Below are positions 27,316 to 37,441 of a stretch of 64,000 bases of DNA, piece after piece (positions within the stretch are counted from its first letter, which is position 1; each line of letters opens with the position of its first letter). A program made the position numbers and the translations under genes. The notes under the pieces were generated by a model. That model made no database searches. It worked only from the letters and a program-made list of their open reading frames with translations, and was not told the origin of the DNA. The stretch comes from an uncultured Eubacteriales bacterium (lineage in GTDB: Bacteria; Bacillota; Clostridia; Oscillospirales; UMGS1783). The stretch lies in contig CAKSHC010000002.1 of assembly GCA_934456365.1 (NCBI GenBank), positions 211,981 through 275,980 of the forward strand. Direction: 5' to 3'.

Positions 27316-28639
27316 CAGTCTTTCCGAAAAATTATCCGATATCTTTCGCCGCCTCAAGGGCCGCGGCAAGCTGTCCGAGGCCGATGTCAACGAGGTTCTG
27401 CGCGAAATCAAGCTCGCCCTCCTGGGGGCCGACGTCAACTTCAAGGTCGTCAAGGCCTTTGTGGAAAGCGTGCGCGCCCGTGCCGTGGGCGAGGAAGTCA
27501 CCGCGAGCCTGACCCCGGCTCAGCAGGTCATCAAGATCGTGCATGAGGAGCTCTGCCGTCTGATGGGCGAGGGCGAGGTCAAGCTCAATCTGGCCTCCAA
27601 GCCGCCGACCGTGATCCTGCTGTGCGGCCTTCAGGGCGCCGGGAAAACCACCCATGCCGCCAAGCTCGGCTATTACTGCAAAACCACCCTGGGGCGCCGT
27701 CCCCTTCTCGTCGCGTGCGACGTCTACCGTCCCGCCGCCGTCGATCAGCTCAAGATCGTCGGAGAAACGGCCGGGGTGCCCGTGTATTCCCATGAGGGAG
27801 CCGATCCCGTCGCCATTGCCCGCGAGGGAGTGGAGCATGCGAAAAAGTTCGGCAACGATATCGTCATTCTCGATACCGCCGGCCGCCTGCATGTCGATGC
27901 CGCGCTGATGGAGGAGCTCTCCCGCATCAAGGAAGCCACCCACCCGCAGGAGATCCTGCTGGTGGTCGACGCCATGACCGGCCAGGACGCCGTCCATGTC
28001 GCCCAGTCCTTCCATGAGCAGCTCGGCGTGACCGGCGTGATTTTGACCAAGTTCGACGGCGACACCCGCGGCGGCGCCGCCATGTCTGTGCGGTATATCA
28101 CCGGCGCGCCCGTCAAGTTCGTCGGCGTGGGCGAAACGGTGAAGGATCTGGAGCTCTTCTATCCCGACCGGATGGCCAGCCGCATCCTCGGCATGGGCGA
28201 TATGCTTTCGCTGATCGAAAAGGCGGAGGCCGCCTACGAGGAGGAAGAGGCCAAAAAGCTCGAGGAAAAGCTTCGGAAAAATGCCTTCGATCTGGAGGAT
28301 TACTACGGCCAGCTCGCCCAGATGAAAAAGATGGGCGGCGTCGGCGCCATTTTGGGCAATATGGGCGTCAAGCAGAAGGATATCGAAAAGGCGCAGATCG
28401 ACGAGAAAATGTTTGAGCGTCAGAAAGCGATCATTCTGTCCATGACCCCTCAGGAAAGAAGAAAGCCCGATCTGTTGGCCGCCTCGCGCAAAAGAAGGAT
28501 CGCCGCGGGGGCGGGAGTGGAAGTCAGCGAAGTCAACCGGCTGCTCAAGAATTACGAGCAAACTCGGATGATGATAAAAAAGCTCAATAAGAATCCAAAG
28601 GCCTTCGGCAATCTCGGCGGCTTTGGAAATCTGGGCTGA
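27305..28639 (+). CDS. ffh: Signal recognition particle protein Ffh
   Basis: NG domain GLQGAGKTT, DTAGR, TKFDGDTRGG; Met-rich M domain. Confidence 0.97.
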   Translation: MAFDSLSEKLSDIFRRLKGRGKLSEADVNEVLREIKLALLGADVNFKVVKAFVESVRARAVGEEVTASLTPAQQVIKIVHEELCRLMGEGEVKLNLASKPPTVILLCGLQGAGKTTHAAKLGYYCKTTLGRRPLLVACDVYRPAAVDQLKIVGETAGVPVYSHEGADPVAIAREGVEHAKKFGNDIVILDTAGRLHVDAALMEELSRIKEATHPQEILLVVDAMTGQDAVHVAQSFHEQLGVTGVILTKFDGDTRGGAAMSVRYITGAPVKFVGVGETVKDLELFYPDRMASRILGMGDMLSLIEKAEAAYEEEEAKKLEEKLRKNAFDLEDYYGQLAQMKKMGGVGAILGNMGVKQKDIEKAQIDEKMFERQKAIILSMTPQERRKPDLLAASRKRRIAAGAGVEVSEVNRLLKNYEQTRMMIKKLNKNPKAFGNLGGFGNLG

Positions 28640-28664
28640 TCAATTTGTTTGGAGGTGAATGAAA

Positions 28665-28907
28665 ATGGCAGTAAAAATCAGACTGAGAAGAATGGGCGCG
28701 AAGAAGAATCCCTTCTATCGTATCGTGGTGGCGGATTCCCGCAGCCCGCGCGACGGCCGCTTCATCGAGGAGATCGGTACCTACGATCCCACCAAGGAGC
28801 CCGCAGCGATTCAGATCGACGCCGATAAGGCCAAGCAGTGGATTCTCAACGGCGCTCAGCCGACCGACACCGTGAAAGCGATGCTCAAGAAAAACGGCGT
28901 CCTTTGA
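28665..28907 (+). CDS. rpsP: 30S ribosomal protein S16
   Basis: [38 protein letters not shown] 28665 lies 9 nt from GGAGG; the track start at 28659 is too close to the RBS. Confidence 0.95.
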   Translation: MAVKIRLRRMGAKKNPFYRIVVADSRSPRDGRFIEEIGTYDPTKEPAAIQIDADKAKQWILNGAQPTDTVKAMLKKNGVL

Positions 28908-29152
28908 TGGGTGAAACCATGGAAGAATTGCTCACGTATCTGGCCCGCGCCCTCGTGGAAAACCCCGATGGCGTGCGGGTCGCAAAATCGGCCGAAACCG
29001 ACGACACCGTGACCTACCAGGTCCTGGTCGATCCGGCGGATATGGGCCGGGTCATCGGCCGCCAGGGCCGCATTGCCAAGGCCATCCGCACCGTCGTCAA
29101 ATCGGTGGCCGCGAAGGAAAAGAAGAAGGTCGTCGTCAACATCGGCGACTGA
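28907..29152 (+). CDS. KH domain RNA-binding protein (YlqC-like)
   Basis: VIGRQGRIAKAIRTVV KH motif. TGATG overlap with rpsP. Confidence 0.9.
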   Translation: MGETMEELLTYLARALVENPDGVRVAKSAETDDTVTYQVLVDPADMGRVIGRQGRIAKAIRTVVKSVAAKEKKKVVVNIGD

Positions 29153-29204
29153 TCGGAAAGAGGATATGCAAATATCCTCTTTCTTCGTAAAAAGGGAGAA
29201 TGCA

Positions 29205-29705
29205 ATGGATCGTATTTCGGTCGGAAAAATCGTCAACACCCATGGCATCCGCGGCGAGGTCAAGATCGACGTCTGGATGAACGACGCCCGGGATTTCTGC
29301 ACGCTCGAGCGTGTTTATCGGGCCGACGGAAGTTTGCTGGAGATCGAAAGAAGCCGCGCCGCCCGCGCGCTGGCCATCGTCAAATTCAAAGGGATCGATT
29401 CCATCGAACAGGCCGAGGGCCTGCGCGGCAGCGAGCTGTCGGCCGACCGCAGCGCCATCCCGCTGGAGGAGGGCGAGCATTTCGTGGCCGATATCATCGG
29501 TCTTTCGGTGGTCGACGCCGATACCGGCGAGGCCTATGGGAAAATTACCGACGTCTACCTCGGCGTCGCAAACGATGCCTATGAAATCGAGCTCAAGGAG
29601 GGGAAGCGCGTCCTTTTCCCGGCCATTCCCTCCGTTTTGATCGAAACCGATCTGGAAAAGGGGATTCTCCGAATCCGCCCGATTGCGGGGATGTTTGACC
29701 TATGA
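29205..29705 (+). CDS. rimM: 16S rRNA processing protein RimM
   Basis: ISVGKIVNTHGIRGEVKI and a PRC-barrel C-terminus. Start at ATG 29205 behind AAGGGAGA. Confidence 0.92.
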   Translation: MDRISVGKIVNTHGIRGEVKIDVWMNDARDFCTLERVYRADGSLLEIERSRAARALAIVKFKGIDSIEQAEGLRGSELSADRSAIPLEEGEHFVADIIGLSVVDADTGEAYGKITDVYLGVANDAYEIELKEGKRVLFPAIPSVLIETDLEKGILRIRPIAGMFDL

Positions 29706-30430
29706 GAATCGATATCCTCACCCTCTTCGACGAGTATATGACCTACCTCTTCTCGCAGAGCATCCTGGGCCGCGCCCAAAGGGCCGGCTACCTCGAGATC
29801 CATGCCCATAATTTCCGCGCCTTCGCCCTCGATAAGCACCATACCGTCGACGATACCCCCTACGGCGGCGGAAAAGGAATGCTCTTAAAGCCCGAGCCCA
29901 TCTGCGCCTGCTACGATTCCGTCATCGCCGACGCCCCCCAAAAGCCGCATACCGTTTACCTCTCCCCCAAGGGGAAGGTGCTCAATCAGGAGATCGCCCG
30001 CCGCCTTTCGCAGGAGCCGCGGCTGGTCTTTCTCTGCGGCCACTACGAGGGGGTCGACCAGCGCGCGCTCGACCGGATCGTCGATGAGGAAATTTCCATC
30101 GGCGATTACGTGCTGACCGGCGGGGAGCTCGCCTGCGCCGTGGTGGTCGATTGCCTGTGCCGCATGGTGCCCGGCGTGCTCGACAGCGAGGAATGCTACG
30201 AGGAGGAAAGCCATTACAACGGCCTCCTCGAGTATCCCCAGTATACCCGCCCCGAATCCTTCGAGGGCCGGCAGGTGCCGCAGGTTCTGCTCGAAGGCAA
30301 GCACGCCGAGATCGAAGCCTGGCGCCGCCGTGAATCTTTGAAAATCACAAAAGAACGCCGCCCCGACCTTCTGCCCCGGGCGGCGCTGACCCCCGCGGAT
30401 CTGGATTTTCTCGAAAAAGAGAGGAACTGA
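29702..30430 (+). CDS. trmD: tRNA (guanine37-N1)-methyltransferase TrmD
   Basis: DDTPYGGGKGMLLKPEP, GHYEGVDQR, SIGDYVLTGGE. Confidence 0.95.
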   Translation: MRIDILTLFDEYMTYLFSQSILGRAQRAGYLEIHAHNFRAFALDKHHTVDDTPYGGGKGMLLKPEPICACYDSVIADAPQKPHTVYLSPKGKVLNQEIARRLSQEPRLVFLCGHYEGVDQRALDRIVDEEISIGDYVLTGGELACAVVVDCLCRMVPGVLDSEECYEEESHYNGLLEYPQYTRPESFEGRQVPQVLLEGKHAEIEAWRRRESLKITKERRPDLLPRAALTPADLDFLEKERN

Positions 30431-30431
30431 C

Positions 30432-31502
30432 ATGAAAAAACCGCTGTCCTATTGGCTCAACCGCTATTTCATTCAGGCCATGGGCGCCATGGCGCAGGGG
30501 CTCTTCGCCTCGCTTTTGATCGGCACGATCTTCAAGGCTCTCGGCATGATCCCGCATCTGGAGATCCTGTCGGAGATCGGCGGCTATGCCCAGGCCATGG
30601 CCGGGCCCGTGATGGCCGCCGCCATCGCCTATTCCTTAAAGGCCGACCCGCTGGTCATCTTCGCGAGCGCCGCGGTCGGCTATGCCGCCAACTCCCTCGG
30701 CGGCGCAGGCGGGCCGATCGCCGTGTTCTTCATCGCCATTGCCGCTTCGGAGATCGGCATGCTGGTTTCCAAGAAAACCCGCGTGGATATTCTCGTTACC
30801 CCGTTTGTCACGGTTCTGGTCGGCGGGCTTTTATCGATCTTTTTGGCGCCGCTGATCGGGAAGGCTGTCGGCGCCGTCAGCTCGTTTATCGGCTGGGCCG
30901 CATTGCAGACCCCGTTTGTCACCGGGCTGATCGTTTCGGTCGTCATCGGGATCTGCCTCACCCTTCCCATCTCCTCCGCCGCCATCTGCGCCGGGCTGTG
31001 CCTGACCGGCTCGGCCGCCGCGCAGGGGAGCAGCGAGGGCCTCGCCATCGCCGGAGCCGCCGCGGTGGCCGGCTGCTGCGCGCAGATGATCGGCTTTGCC
31101 GTGACCAGCTATCGGGATAACGGATTCGGCGGCTTTGTCGCCCAGGGGCTGGGCACCAGCATGCTTCAGATGCCCAATATCCTCCGCCGCCCCGCCGTCT
31201 GGCTGGCGCCCACACTGGCTTCGGCCGTCACCGGGCCGCTCGCCGTCTGCGTTTTCGGGCTGCGGATGTATGGCGTCGCCATCGATTCGGGCATGGGCAC
31301 CTGCGGGATGCTCGGCCCGATCGGCATGATCCTCGGCTGGATCGACCCGGCAAACGGCTACCCCGGCTCGGTCGGCGCGCTGGAGATCGTCGGGCTGATC
31401 CTGATCTGCTTCGTTTTGCCCGCCCTCCTCTCGCTCGCGTTTGACGCGCTTTTCCGCCGCCTCGGGCTCGTGCGGGACGGCGACCTGAAACTACCGGAAT
31501 AA
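30432..31502 (+). CDS. PTS EIIC-like integral membrane protein (EIIC_2 type)
   Basis: 356 aa, about 10 TM helices, Gly/Ala-rich. The resemblance to the stand-alone EIIC family is from memory and was not searched. Confidence 0.65.
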   Translation: MKKPLSYWLNRYFIQAMGAMAQGLFASLLIGTIFKALGMIPHLEILSEIGGYAQAMAGPVMAAAIAYSLKADPLVIFASAAVGYAANSLGGAGGPIAVFFIAIAASEIGMLVSKKTRVDILVTPFVTVLVGGLLSIFLAPLIGKAVGAVSSFIGWAALQTPFVTGLIVSVVIGICLTLPISSAAICAGLCLTGSAAAQGSSEGLAIAGAAAVAGCCAQMIGFAVTSYRDNGFGGFVAQGLGTSMLQMPNILRRPAVWLAPTLASAVTGPLAVCVFGLRMYGVAIDSGMGTCGMLGPIGMILGWIDPANGYPGSVGALEIVGLILICFVLPALLSLAFDALFRRLGLVRDGDLKLPE

Positions 31503-31520
31503 AAAACAGGGAGAAACGGA

Positions 31521-32879
31521 ATGAAAAAGAAACTGACGGCACGGGAATATATCACCGTGGCCAGTATGCTCTTCGGAATGTTCTTCGGCGCGGGAAACCT
31601 CATCTTCCCGGTGCTCATGGGTCAAATGGCCGGGCGCAACGTCTGGCCCGCCATCCTCGGCTTCCTCATCACCGGCGTCGGCCTGCCTCTTCTGAGCGTC
31701 GCCGCTCTCGGCATCAGCCGCAGCGACGGGCTCTATAGTCTGAGCAGCAAGGTCAACAAGCCCTATGCCATGTTCTTCACCTGCCTGCTCTATCTCACCA
31801 TCGGCCCCTTCTTCGCCATTCCCCGCTGCGCCACCACCTCGTTTACCGTCGGCCTCGAGCAGGTGCTCCCGCAGGACGGCAATATGGGCCTGTTTCTGCT
31901 GCTGTTTTCCGCCCTGTTCTTTGTGGCGGCCCTCCTCTTTTCGCTCTTCCCCGGCAAGATCCTCACCTGGGTCGGCAAGATCCTTAACCCCATCTTTCTG
32001 GCCTTCCTCGCCGTGCTGGTCGTTGTGGCTCTCGTGCAGCCCACCACCGGCATTTCGCAGGTCGACCCCACCGGCAACTACGCCGCCCAGCCCTTCTTCA
32101 CCGGCTTCCTCGAGGGCTATAACACCATGGACGCTCTCGCCGGCCTTGCGTTCGGTATCGTCGTCGTCCAGGTCATCCGCGGCCTCGGCGTGAAGGAGCC
32201 CGGCGCCGTCGCCGGAAACACAGTCAAATCCGGCGTCTTCAGCTGCCTGCTGATGGCCGTGATCTATATCGCCGTCACGATCGTCGGCGTCCAGAGCCGC
32301 GGCGCCCTCGGCGTCGCCGAAAACGGCGGCTCGGCCTTCGCCCAGATCGCCCAGCACTACCTCGGCTTCCCCGGCCTGCTCGTTTTGGCCGGCACCGTCA
32401 CCTTCGCCTGCCTGAAAACGGCCGTCGGCCTCATCACCAGCTGCTCGGAAACCTTCGCCGGCATCTTCCCCAAGGGGCCCTCGTATAAGCTTTGGGCCGT
32501 GATCTTCACCGCGGTTTCCTTCCTCATCGCCAACCTCGGCCTCAGCGCCATCATCGAATATTCCATCCCGGTGCTTATGTTCCTCTATCCGCTGGTCATT
32601 GCGCTCATCCTGCTGGCCCTTTTCGGCAAGTTTTTCCGCCACGATAAAGCCGTATATAACTGGGTCATCGGCTGCACGCTCATCGCCTCGGTCTACGACC
32701 TGCTGGCCGCCCTGCCGTCCTCCCTTCTGGAGGCGCTCCATCTGGATTCCGTCCTTCCGCACATCGGAAAGCTCCTGCCGCTTTCCAACCTCGGCCTCGG
32801 CTGGGTCTGCCCTGCCGCCGTCGGATTGGTCATCGGCCTGATCTTCCACCTGGTGCGCCGTAAAAAGAAACTTGTCTGA
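31521..32879 (+). CDS. brnQ: Branched-chain amino acid transport system II carrier BrnQ
   Basis: N-terminal MLFGMFFGAGNLIFPVLMGQ signature; 12-TM protein. Confidence 0.9.
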   Translation: MKKKLTAREYITVASMLFGMFFGAGNLIFPVLMGQMAGRNVWPAILGFLITGVGLPLLSVAALGISRSDGLYSLSSKVNKPYAMFFTCLLYLTIGPFFAIPRCATTSFTVGLEQVLPQDGNMGLFLLLFSALFFVAALLFSLFPGKILTWVGKILNPIFLAFLAVLVVVALVQPTTGISQVDPTGNYAAQPFFTGFLEGYNTMDALAGLAFGIVVVQVIRGLGVKEPGAVAGNTVKSGVFSCLLMAVIYIAVTIVGVQSRGALGVAENGGSAFAQIAQHYLGFPGLLVLAGTVTFACLKTAVGLITSCSETFAGIFPKGPSYKLWAVIFTAVSFLIANLGLSAIIEYSIPVLMFLYPLVIALILLALFGKFFRHDKAVYNWVIGCTLIASVYDLLAALPSSLLEALHLDSVLPHIGKLLPLSNLGLGWVCPAAVGLVIGLIFHLVRRKKKLV

Positions 32880-32880
32880 G

Positions 32881-32910
32881 AAAAAAGAGAGCCGCAAGGC
32901 TCTCTTTTTT
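32881..32910 (+). terminator. Rho-independent terminator after brnQ
   Basis: AAAAAAGAGAGCC-gcaa-GGCTCTCTTTTTT. Confidence 0.85.
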
Positions 32911-32970
32911 GATGCGACAGTTTTGGTGCCTCCGATCCGCTACAATAAAGGGGAAAGGAAGGGATATGGA

Positions 32971-33630
32971 ATGGGAAAAGATTTGTTTGCTCTGGAAACC
33001 GTCCGCAAAGAAATTGAGGATCTTTGCGAAAGCGCTGAGAGCGGCGTCCTGCGCTTGGAGGATTATTTCACGCCCGATCTCGATGTAGAAACGAGCATCG
33101 ATCTTGTGGCGTTAATCCCCACCGTCGGGAAAAATCATCTGGAAGACCTGGTCCAAACCTGCGCCGACCACCTTGCCGCAATGAAGAGGCTTCTTGAAAT
33201 TCCCGAGGAGAAACGGGAGGAAGCGATCTCCGAGGCCCTCGCAGGGGAAGGCCGGATCGCCGCATTTTGCAAAATCTATTTGGAGCCGATTCGGATCAAA
33301 GAGCTCCGCGAGGAAGATCAGGAAATTTTGGAACGGGTGCAAAACAGCGATATGACCGGCGAAGAAACGACCCCCGAGGAACGGGATTTCTACGATCGCG
33401 TCTATTCGCTGTATCTGGCCGCCCGCGAATCGGCTGCGCAGAAACGGCTGCTCCTGCCGGACAGCGACGGGCTCGTCGCTCTTCGCTGCATCATCCATGC
33501 TCGCCGGCTCCTGCGCCTTTGGGAGCTGGAAGCCCCCGAAATCGTTGTGGAGCATGAATGGAGAAGGTGGCTCCAGTCGGAATTTGTCGCCCGCTGGGGG
33601 AAGGACATCAGAAGAGACCCGCGGCCGTAA
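32971..33630 (+). CDS. Hypothetical acidic helical protein
   Basis: 219 aa from ATG 32971 behind a purine-rich RBS. GC3-rich. No family recognised. Confidence 0.55.
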   Translation: MGKDLFALETVRKEIEDLCESAESGVLRLEDYFTPDLDVETSIDLVALIPTVGKNHLEDLVQTCADHLAAMKRLLEIPEEKREEAISEALAGEGRIAAFCKIYLEPIRIKELREEDQEILERVQNSDMTGEETTPEERDFYDRVYSLYLAARESAAQKRLLLPDSDGLVALRCIIHARRLLRLWELEAPEIVVEHEWRRWLQSEFVARWGKDIRRDPRP

Positions 33631-33647
33631 GGCTGCGGGTCTTTCCT

Positions 33648-34475
33648 TCAAAGCCGGGCCATCAGCGGCCCCAGCGCCTCTTCGAAATTCACGCCGTAGG
33701 TGCGCGCCTGCGGATCGGCCATCGTTTTGGCAATGGCGTTCACCGTGAAGTCCACCGCGATCGTCACCGCATCATACAGATTCTTGTCCCGCGCCAAAGC
33801 TCCTGTCACCGCCGAGGCAAAGAGATCCCCCGTGCCGTGGAAGGAAACCGGCAAATGCTCCCGCTCGACCACAAAAAATTCCCCGGTGTCCGAGTCCAGC
33901 CCCGCCGCGCCCAGCTTGCCCGGCGTGCGGGAAATGCCCGTCAGAACCGCCTGCCGGCAGCCCAGTCCGCAGAGCCCTTCGCAGAGCTCCTTCACCCGCT
34001 CCGGCCCGGGATTCGGCTCGTAGGGGAGCCCCAGCAGGAAAGCAGCCTCGGAAAGGTTGGGCAGGATCACATCCGCCGCCCCGCAAAGCTGCGCCATCCG
34101 CCCGGCAAACTCTGGCGAAAACCCGGCATAGAGCTTGCCGCCGTCGGCCATTACCGGATCCACAACCTTCAGGGCTCCCTGCCCGAATTCGGCAAACAGC
34201 CGCTCCATCCAGGCGATCTGCTCGAGGGAGCCGAGATAGCCCGTGTAGATCGCGGAAAAGTCGATTCCCTCTTTTTTCCAGTGCGCCATGATCGGCTCCA
34301 GATCCCCGGTCAGATCCCGGAAGGTGTAGCCCGAAAAGCCGCCGGTGTGGGTGGACAGGATCGCCGTCGGCAGCACAGCCGTTTCCAGCCCCATTGCGCT
34401 CAAAACCGGCAGCGCCACCGTCAGCGAGCATTTGCCCACGCAGGAAATATCCTGCACCGTTAAAATCCGTTTCAT
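33648..34475 (-). CDS. pdxK: Pyridoxamine/pyridoxal kinase
   Basis: MKRILTVQDISCVGKCSLTVALPVLSAMG N-terminus and a ribokinase-fold GTGDLFAS motif. Confidence 0.88.
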   Translation of the reverse strand: MKRILTVQDISCVGKCSLTVALPVLSAMGLETAVLPTAILSTHTGGFSGYTFRDLTGDLEPIMAHWKKEGIDFSAIYTGYLGSLEQIAWMERLFAEFGQGALKVVDPVMADGGKLYAGFSPEFAGRMAQLCGAADVILPNLSEAAFLLGLPYEPNPGPERVKELCEGLCGLGCRQAVLTGISRTPGKLGAAGLDSDTGEFFVVEREHLPVSFHGTGDLFASAVTGALARDKNLYDAVTIAVDFTVNAIAKTMADPQARTYGVNFEEALGPLMARL

Positions 34476-34561
34476 CCCGATCCCCTCTTTCTTTTTTCCA
34501 TAGCATATCAGCTTTCTGGTTATCTGAAAAGCGCCAATTCAAAACAAAAGTATCAGGCCAG

Positions 34562-34590
34562 AAAAAGAGCCTCCGGAAGCACCCGGAGGC
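34562..34590 (-). terminator. Terminator of the metQNI operon
   Basis: GCCTCCGG-6 nt-CCGGAGGC, with a T run on the minus strand. Confidence 0.8.
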
Positions 34591-34605
34591 ATTTTTTCGA
34601 TTCGA

Positions 34606-35325
34606 TTAGTCCTGCCCCTTCTTGTCGCGAATGCGCTTGTCGCAGCGGGTCGCCAGATGCGTCCCCACCGCCTGGAAAAGCTGCACCAGCAAAACAAGCA
34701 AAATCACCGCCAAAACCATCACCAGGTATTTATAGCGGTAGTAGCCGTAGTTGATGGCGATCTTGCCCAATCCGCCGCCGCCGATCACCCCCGCCATCGC
34801 CGAGTAGCCCAGAATGGTCGTCACGGCAATGGTCGCGTTGGAGATCAGGGAGGGCACCGCCTCGGGGATCATCACCCGGCAGATGATCTGCAGGGGAGAG
34901 GCGCCCATGCTCTGCGCCGCCTCGATCACATTCGGATCCACCTCGCGCAGGCTGCTCTCGCACAGCCGCGCCACAAAGGGGAAGGCCGCGATCACCAAAG
35001 GTACGATCGAGGCCACCGTCCCCACCGAGGTCCCCATCAGAAAGCGCGTCAGCGGGATCACCAGGATCATCAGGATCAAAAAGGGAACCGAGCGCAGGAT
35101 GTTGATGACCACATCGATCAGCTTCAGAAGCGGCTTGGGCAAAGGCATCACCCCGCCCTTTTCTCCCGCCACCAGAAGCACACCCAAAGGCAGCCCGAGA
35201 AGAATAGCAAAAGCCGTGGCCAGAATGGTCACATAAAAGGTTTCCCCCAAAGCCGTGAGGAATTCCGATTCCACAATCCGCCAGGTTTCCTGAAAAACCT
35301 CACTGGAAAAAAGAGCGTCAGCCAC
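34606..35325 (-). CDS. metI: Methionine ABC transporter permease
   Basis: MetI-type EAA loop (IEAAQSMGASPLQII); 5 TM helices. Confidence 0.92.
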   Translation of the reverse strand: MADALFSSEVFQETWRIVESEFLTALGETFYVTILATAFAILLGLPLGVLLVAGEKGGVMPLPKPLLKLIDVVINILRSVPFLILMILVIPLTRFLMGTSVGTVASIVPLVIAAFPFVARLCESSLREVDPNVIEAAQSMGASPLQIICRVMIPEAVPSLISNATIAVTTILGYSAMAGVIGGGGLGKIAINYGYYRYKYLVMVLAVILLVLLVQLFQAVGTHLATRCDKRIRDKKGQD

Positions 35326-36328
35326 GGTCGCTCACCTCCTCGATCACAATATCGGGCACGCTCTGCAAATAGGCAATGGCCTCGCGCGTCTTTTCCGGGC
35401 CTCCCGGAATGGAGAGGATCATGTGCCCGAAGGTCTTGTCGCCGATCGCCTTGGCCGAGGCCGCTAAGATGTTGACCGGGATCTGCTTTTCCATCGCCAT
35501 GCGCGCGATTAGGGGAGTGTGGGTCGATTCCGCCCCGTTGAACACCACCCGGATCACATCCTCCCCGGCCACCGCCGTGAAGGATTCGTTCACCCCTTCC
35601 GGGAAAACCAGCCGCTTGGCCGCGTCGCTTTTGGGCGAGGAGAAAACGGCGCTCACTTCGCCAACCTCCGCCACCGCGCCGCCGTCCAGAATCGCCACAT
35701 GCCGGCAGATCTCCTCCACCACGCTCATCTGATGGGTGATCAGGATCGCCGTGATCCCCAATTTGCGGTTGATATCCCGGATCAGCTCCAGAATGGAATG
35801 GGTCGTCGTCGGGTCAAGCGCCGAGGTCGCCTCGTCGCATAAAAGCACCTTCGGATCGCTCGCCAAAGCCCGCGCAATGGCGATGCGCTGCTTCTGCCCG
35901 CCCGAAAGCTGCGCCGGATAGGCAAGGGCCTTGTCCGGCAGCCCCACAAGCTCCAGAAGCTCGGCCGCCCTTGCGCGCGCCGCCTTTTTCGAGGCGCCCG
36001 AAAGGGTCAGCGGAAAGGCGATGTTGTCCAGGCAGGTTCGCTGCATCAGAAGATTGAAGCTTTGGAAAATCATCGAAATGCTGCGGCGCTTGGCGCGAAG
36101 CTCCTTGGGCGAAAGCCCGGCCAGATCCACTCCGTCGATCCGCACCGTTCCCGCCGTCGGCCGCTCCAGCATGTTGATGCAGCGCACCAGCGTGCTCTTG
36201 CCCGCGCCGCTCATGCCGATGATCCCGTAGATGTCGCCGTCTTCAATGGTCAGCGAAACATCCTTGAGCGCCTCCAGCGTGCCGCTGTCGGTGGAAAAGG
36301 TTTTGCTCAGATGCGATATCTCAATCAT
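35318..36328 (-). CDS. metN: Methionine ABC transporter ATP-binding protein
   Basis: Walker A GMSGAGKST, LSGGQKQR, C-terminal NIL/ACT-like domain. Start at ATG 36328 behind GGGAGGCA; the track ORF is over-extended. Confidence 0.95.
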   Translation of the reverse strand: MIEISHLSKTFSTDSGTLEALKDVSLTIEDGDIYGIIGMSGAGKSTLVRCINMLERPTAGTVRIDGVDLAGLSPKELRAKRRSISMIFQSFNLLMQRTCLDNIAFPLTLSGASKKAARARAAELLELVGLPDKALAYPAQLSGGQKQRIAIARALASDPKVLLCDEATSALDPTTTHSILELIRDINRKLGITAILITHQMSVVEEICRHVAILDGGAVAEVGEVSAVFSSPKSDAAKRLVFPEGVNESFTAVAGEDVIRVVFNGAESTHTPLIARMAMEKQIPVNILAASAKAIGDKTFGHMILSIPGGPEKTREAIAYLQSVPDIVIEEVSDRG

Positions 36329-36386
36329 AGTGCCTCCCGAGGCAAATTGCCTGCACCCCGAAGGGGGGCGCAGGCAAAGAGGTTTT

Positions 36387-37238
36387 TTATTTCTTGATGG
36401 CGTCGAGGCTGGTCTGCTTGCCACCGTAGATGCCCATCGGCTCCACATGAATATCGGCGATCGAAACCAGATGCGTGCCCTTTTCCTTGTTGAAGTTGTC
36501 CAGATAGGGAACATGCTGGAAGAAGTTGGCGTCGAGCTCGCCCGATTCCACCACATCGTTGGGAATCACATAATCGGTGTATTCCACGATCTTCAGAGTG
36601 ATTTCCTTTTCGGCCAGAATCTCCTGCGCCACCTTCAGAATTTCCGCGTGCGGGTTGGGCGAGCAGGCCACAGACACCGTCTGTCCCTTGAGAGCTTCGT
36701 AGTCCACCGAGGCGTCCGTCCCGTTGCCCGAGTCCTTCACGGCCGAAACCACCGAGCCGCCGTAGGTGCTGCCGATATAATCAGCCACCTTCTGGCTCTC
36801 CAGAGCCGCCTTGAGAGCTTTGATGATGTCCTTTTCCTCGTTGCCGGACTTCACAACCAAAACATTGTTATAGGCCGAGAAGGAATCCTCCAGCGCCAGC
36901 GCGTCGGTCTTGGGCTTGAGGCCTGCGTCGATCGCGTAGTTGGAGTTGATCACGGCATAGTCGGAATCCACCAAAACATTCGGCAGCTGCGCGGCCTCCA
37001 CCTCGTTGAACTGCAGATTGTACGGGTTTTCCACAATGTCGAGCGGGGTCGCCGTCAGACCGGCGGATTCGGAAAGCTTGATGTAGCCCAGGTGCTCAAG
37101 CAAAAGCAGCGCGCGCCCTTCGTTGGTCGCGTCGTTCGGGATGGCGATGGTCATGCCCTTTTTCGCGCCGCCGGCGCATCCGGCGGCCAGAAGAACAGTC
37201 AGGGTCAGAGCGAGGACGAGCGAGAGAATCTTTTTCAT
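36387..37238 (-). CDS. metQ: MetQ/NlpA family methionine-binding lipoprotein
   Basis: Lipobox LLAAGC and NlpA-family body. Start at ATG 37238. Confidence 0.9.
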   Translation of the reverse strand: MKKILSLVLALTLTVLLAAGCAGGAKKGMTIAIPNDATNEGRALLLLEHLGYIKLSESAGLTATPLDIVENPYNLQFNEVEAAQLPNVLVDSDYAVINSNYAIDAGLKPKTDALALEDSFSAYNNVLVVKSGNEEKDIIKALKAALESQKVADYIGSTYGGSVVSAVKDSGNGTDASVDYEALKGQTVSVACSPNPHAEILKVAQEILAEKEITLKIVEYTDYVIPNDVVESGELDANFFQHVPYLDNFNKEKGTHLVSIADIHVEPMGIYGGKQTSLDAIKK

Positions 37239-37270
37239 GGCTTTTGTTTCCTTTCGAATTTTTTTGCATA

Positions 37271-37301
37271 AGAAAAAGCGGGAAGCCCGGAGCTTCCCGC
37301 T
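37271..37301 (-). terminator. Leader (attenuator) terminator upstream of metQ
   Basis: 10-bp stem AGCGGGAAGC/GCTTCCCGCT followed by TTTTTCTT on the minus strand. Sits between the leader ORF stop and the metQ start. Confidence 0.75.
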
Positions 37302-37314
37302 GATGCACAACCCA

Positions 37315-37413
37315 TCAGTCCGCGAAGGCAACCCCGGCACAATCGGCGCAGCAAAACATGCGCATGTCCATCATGCACATCATCGCCATATCCATCGCCG
37401 TAAAACGAACCAT
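37315..37413 (-). CDS. Met/Cys-rich leader peptide (32 aa) of metQNI
   Basis: AGGAGG, 9 nt, ATG, then MVRFTAMDMAMMCMMDMRMFCCADCAGVAFAD and a stop codon. It is the C-terminal end of track ORF 37315..37818. Confidence 0.6.
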   Translation of the reverse strand: MVRFTAMDMAMMCMMDMRMFCCADCAGVAFAD

Positions 37414-37441
37414 GCCGGTTTTCCTCCTCGATTTTTGCCCT

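Noticed and set aside
29153-29204. Hairpin AAGAGGATAT-gca-AATATCCTCTT between the KH-protein gene and rimM, as a possible attenuator
   Set aside because: It is not followed by a convincing U run and lies within a conserved ribosomal-processing operon. It is more likely an mRNA processing or stability element, and the evidence is too weak to call.
35318-37340. N-terminal extensions of metN (to 36556) and metQ (to 37340) in the ORF track
   Set aside because: The extensions lack homology-like sequence and overlap upstream genes or terminators. Internal ATGs at 36328 and 37238 have RBSs and give canonical N-termini (MIEISHLSK, and MKKIL... followed by a lipobox).
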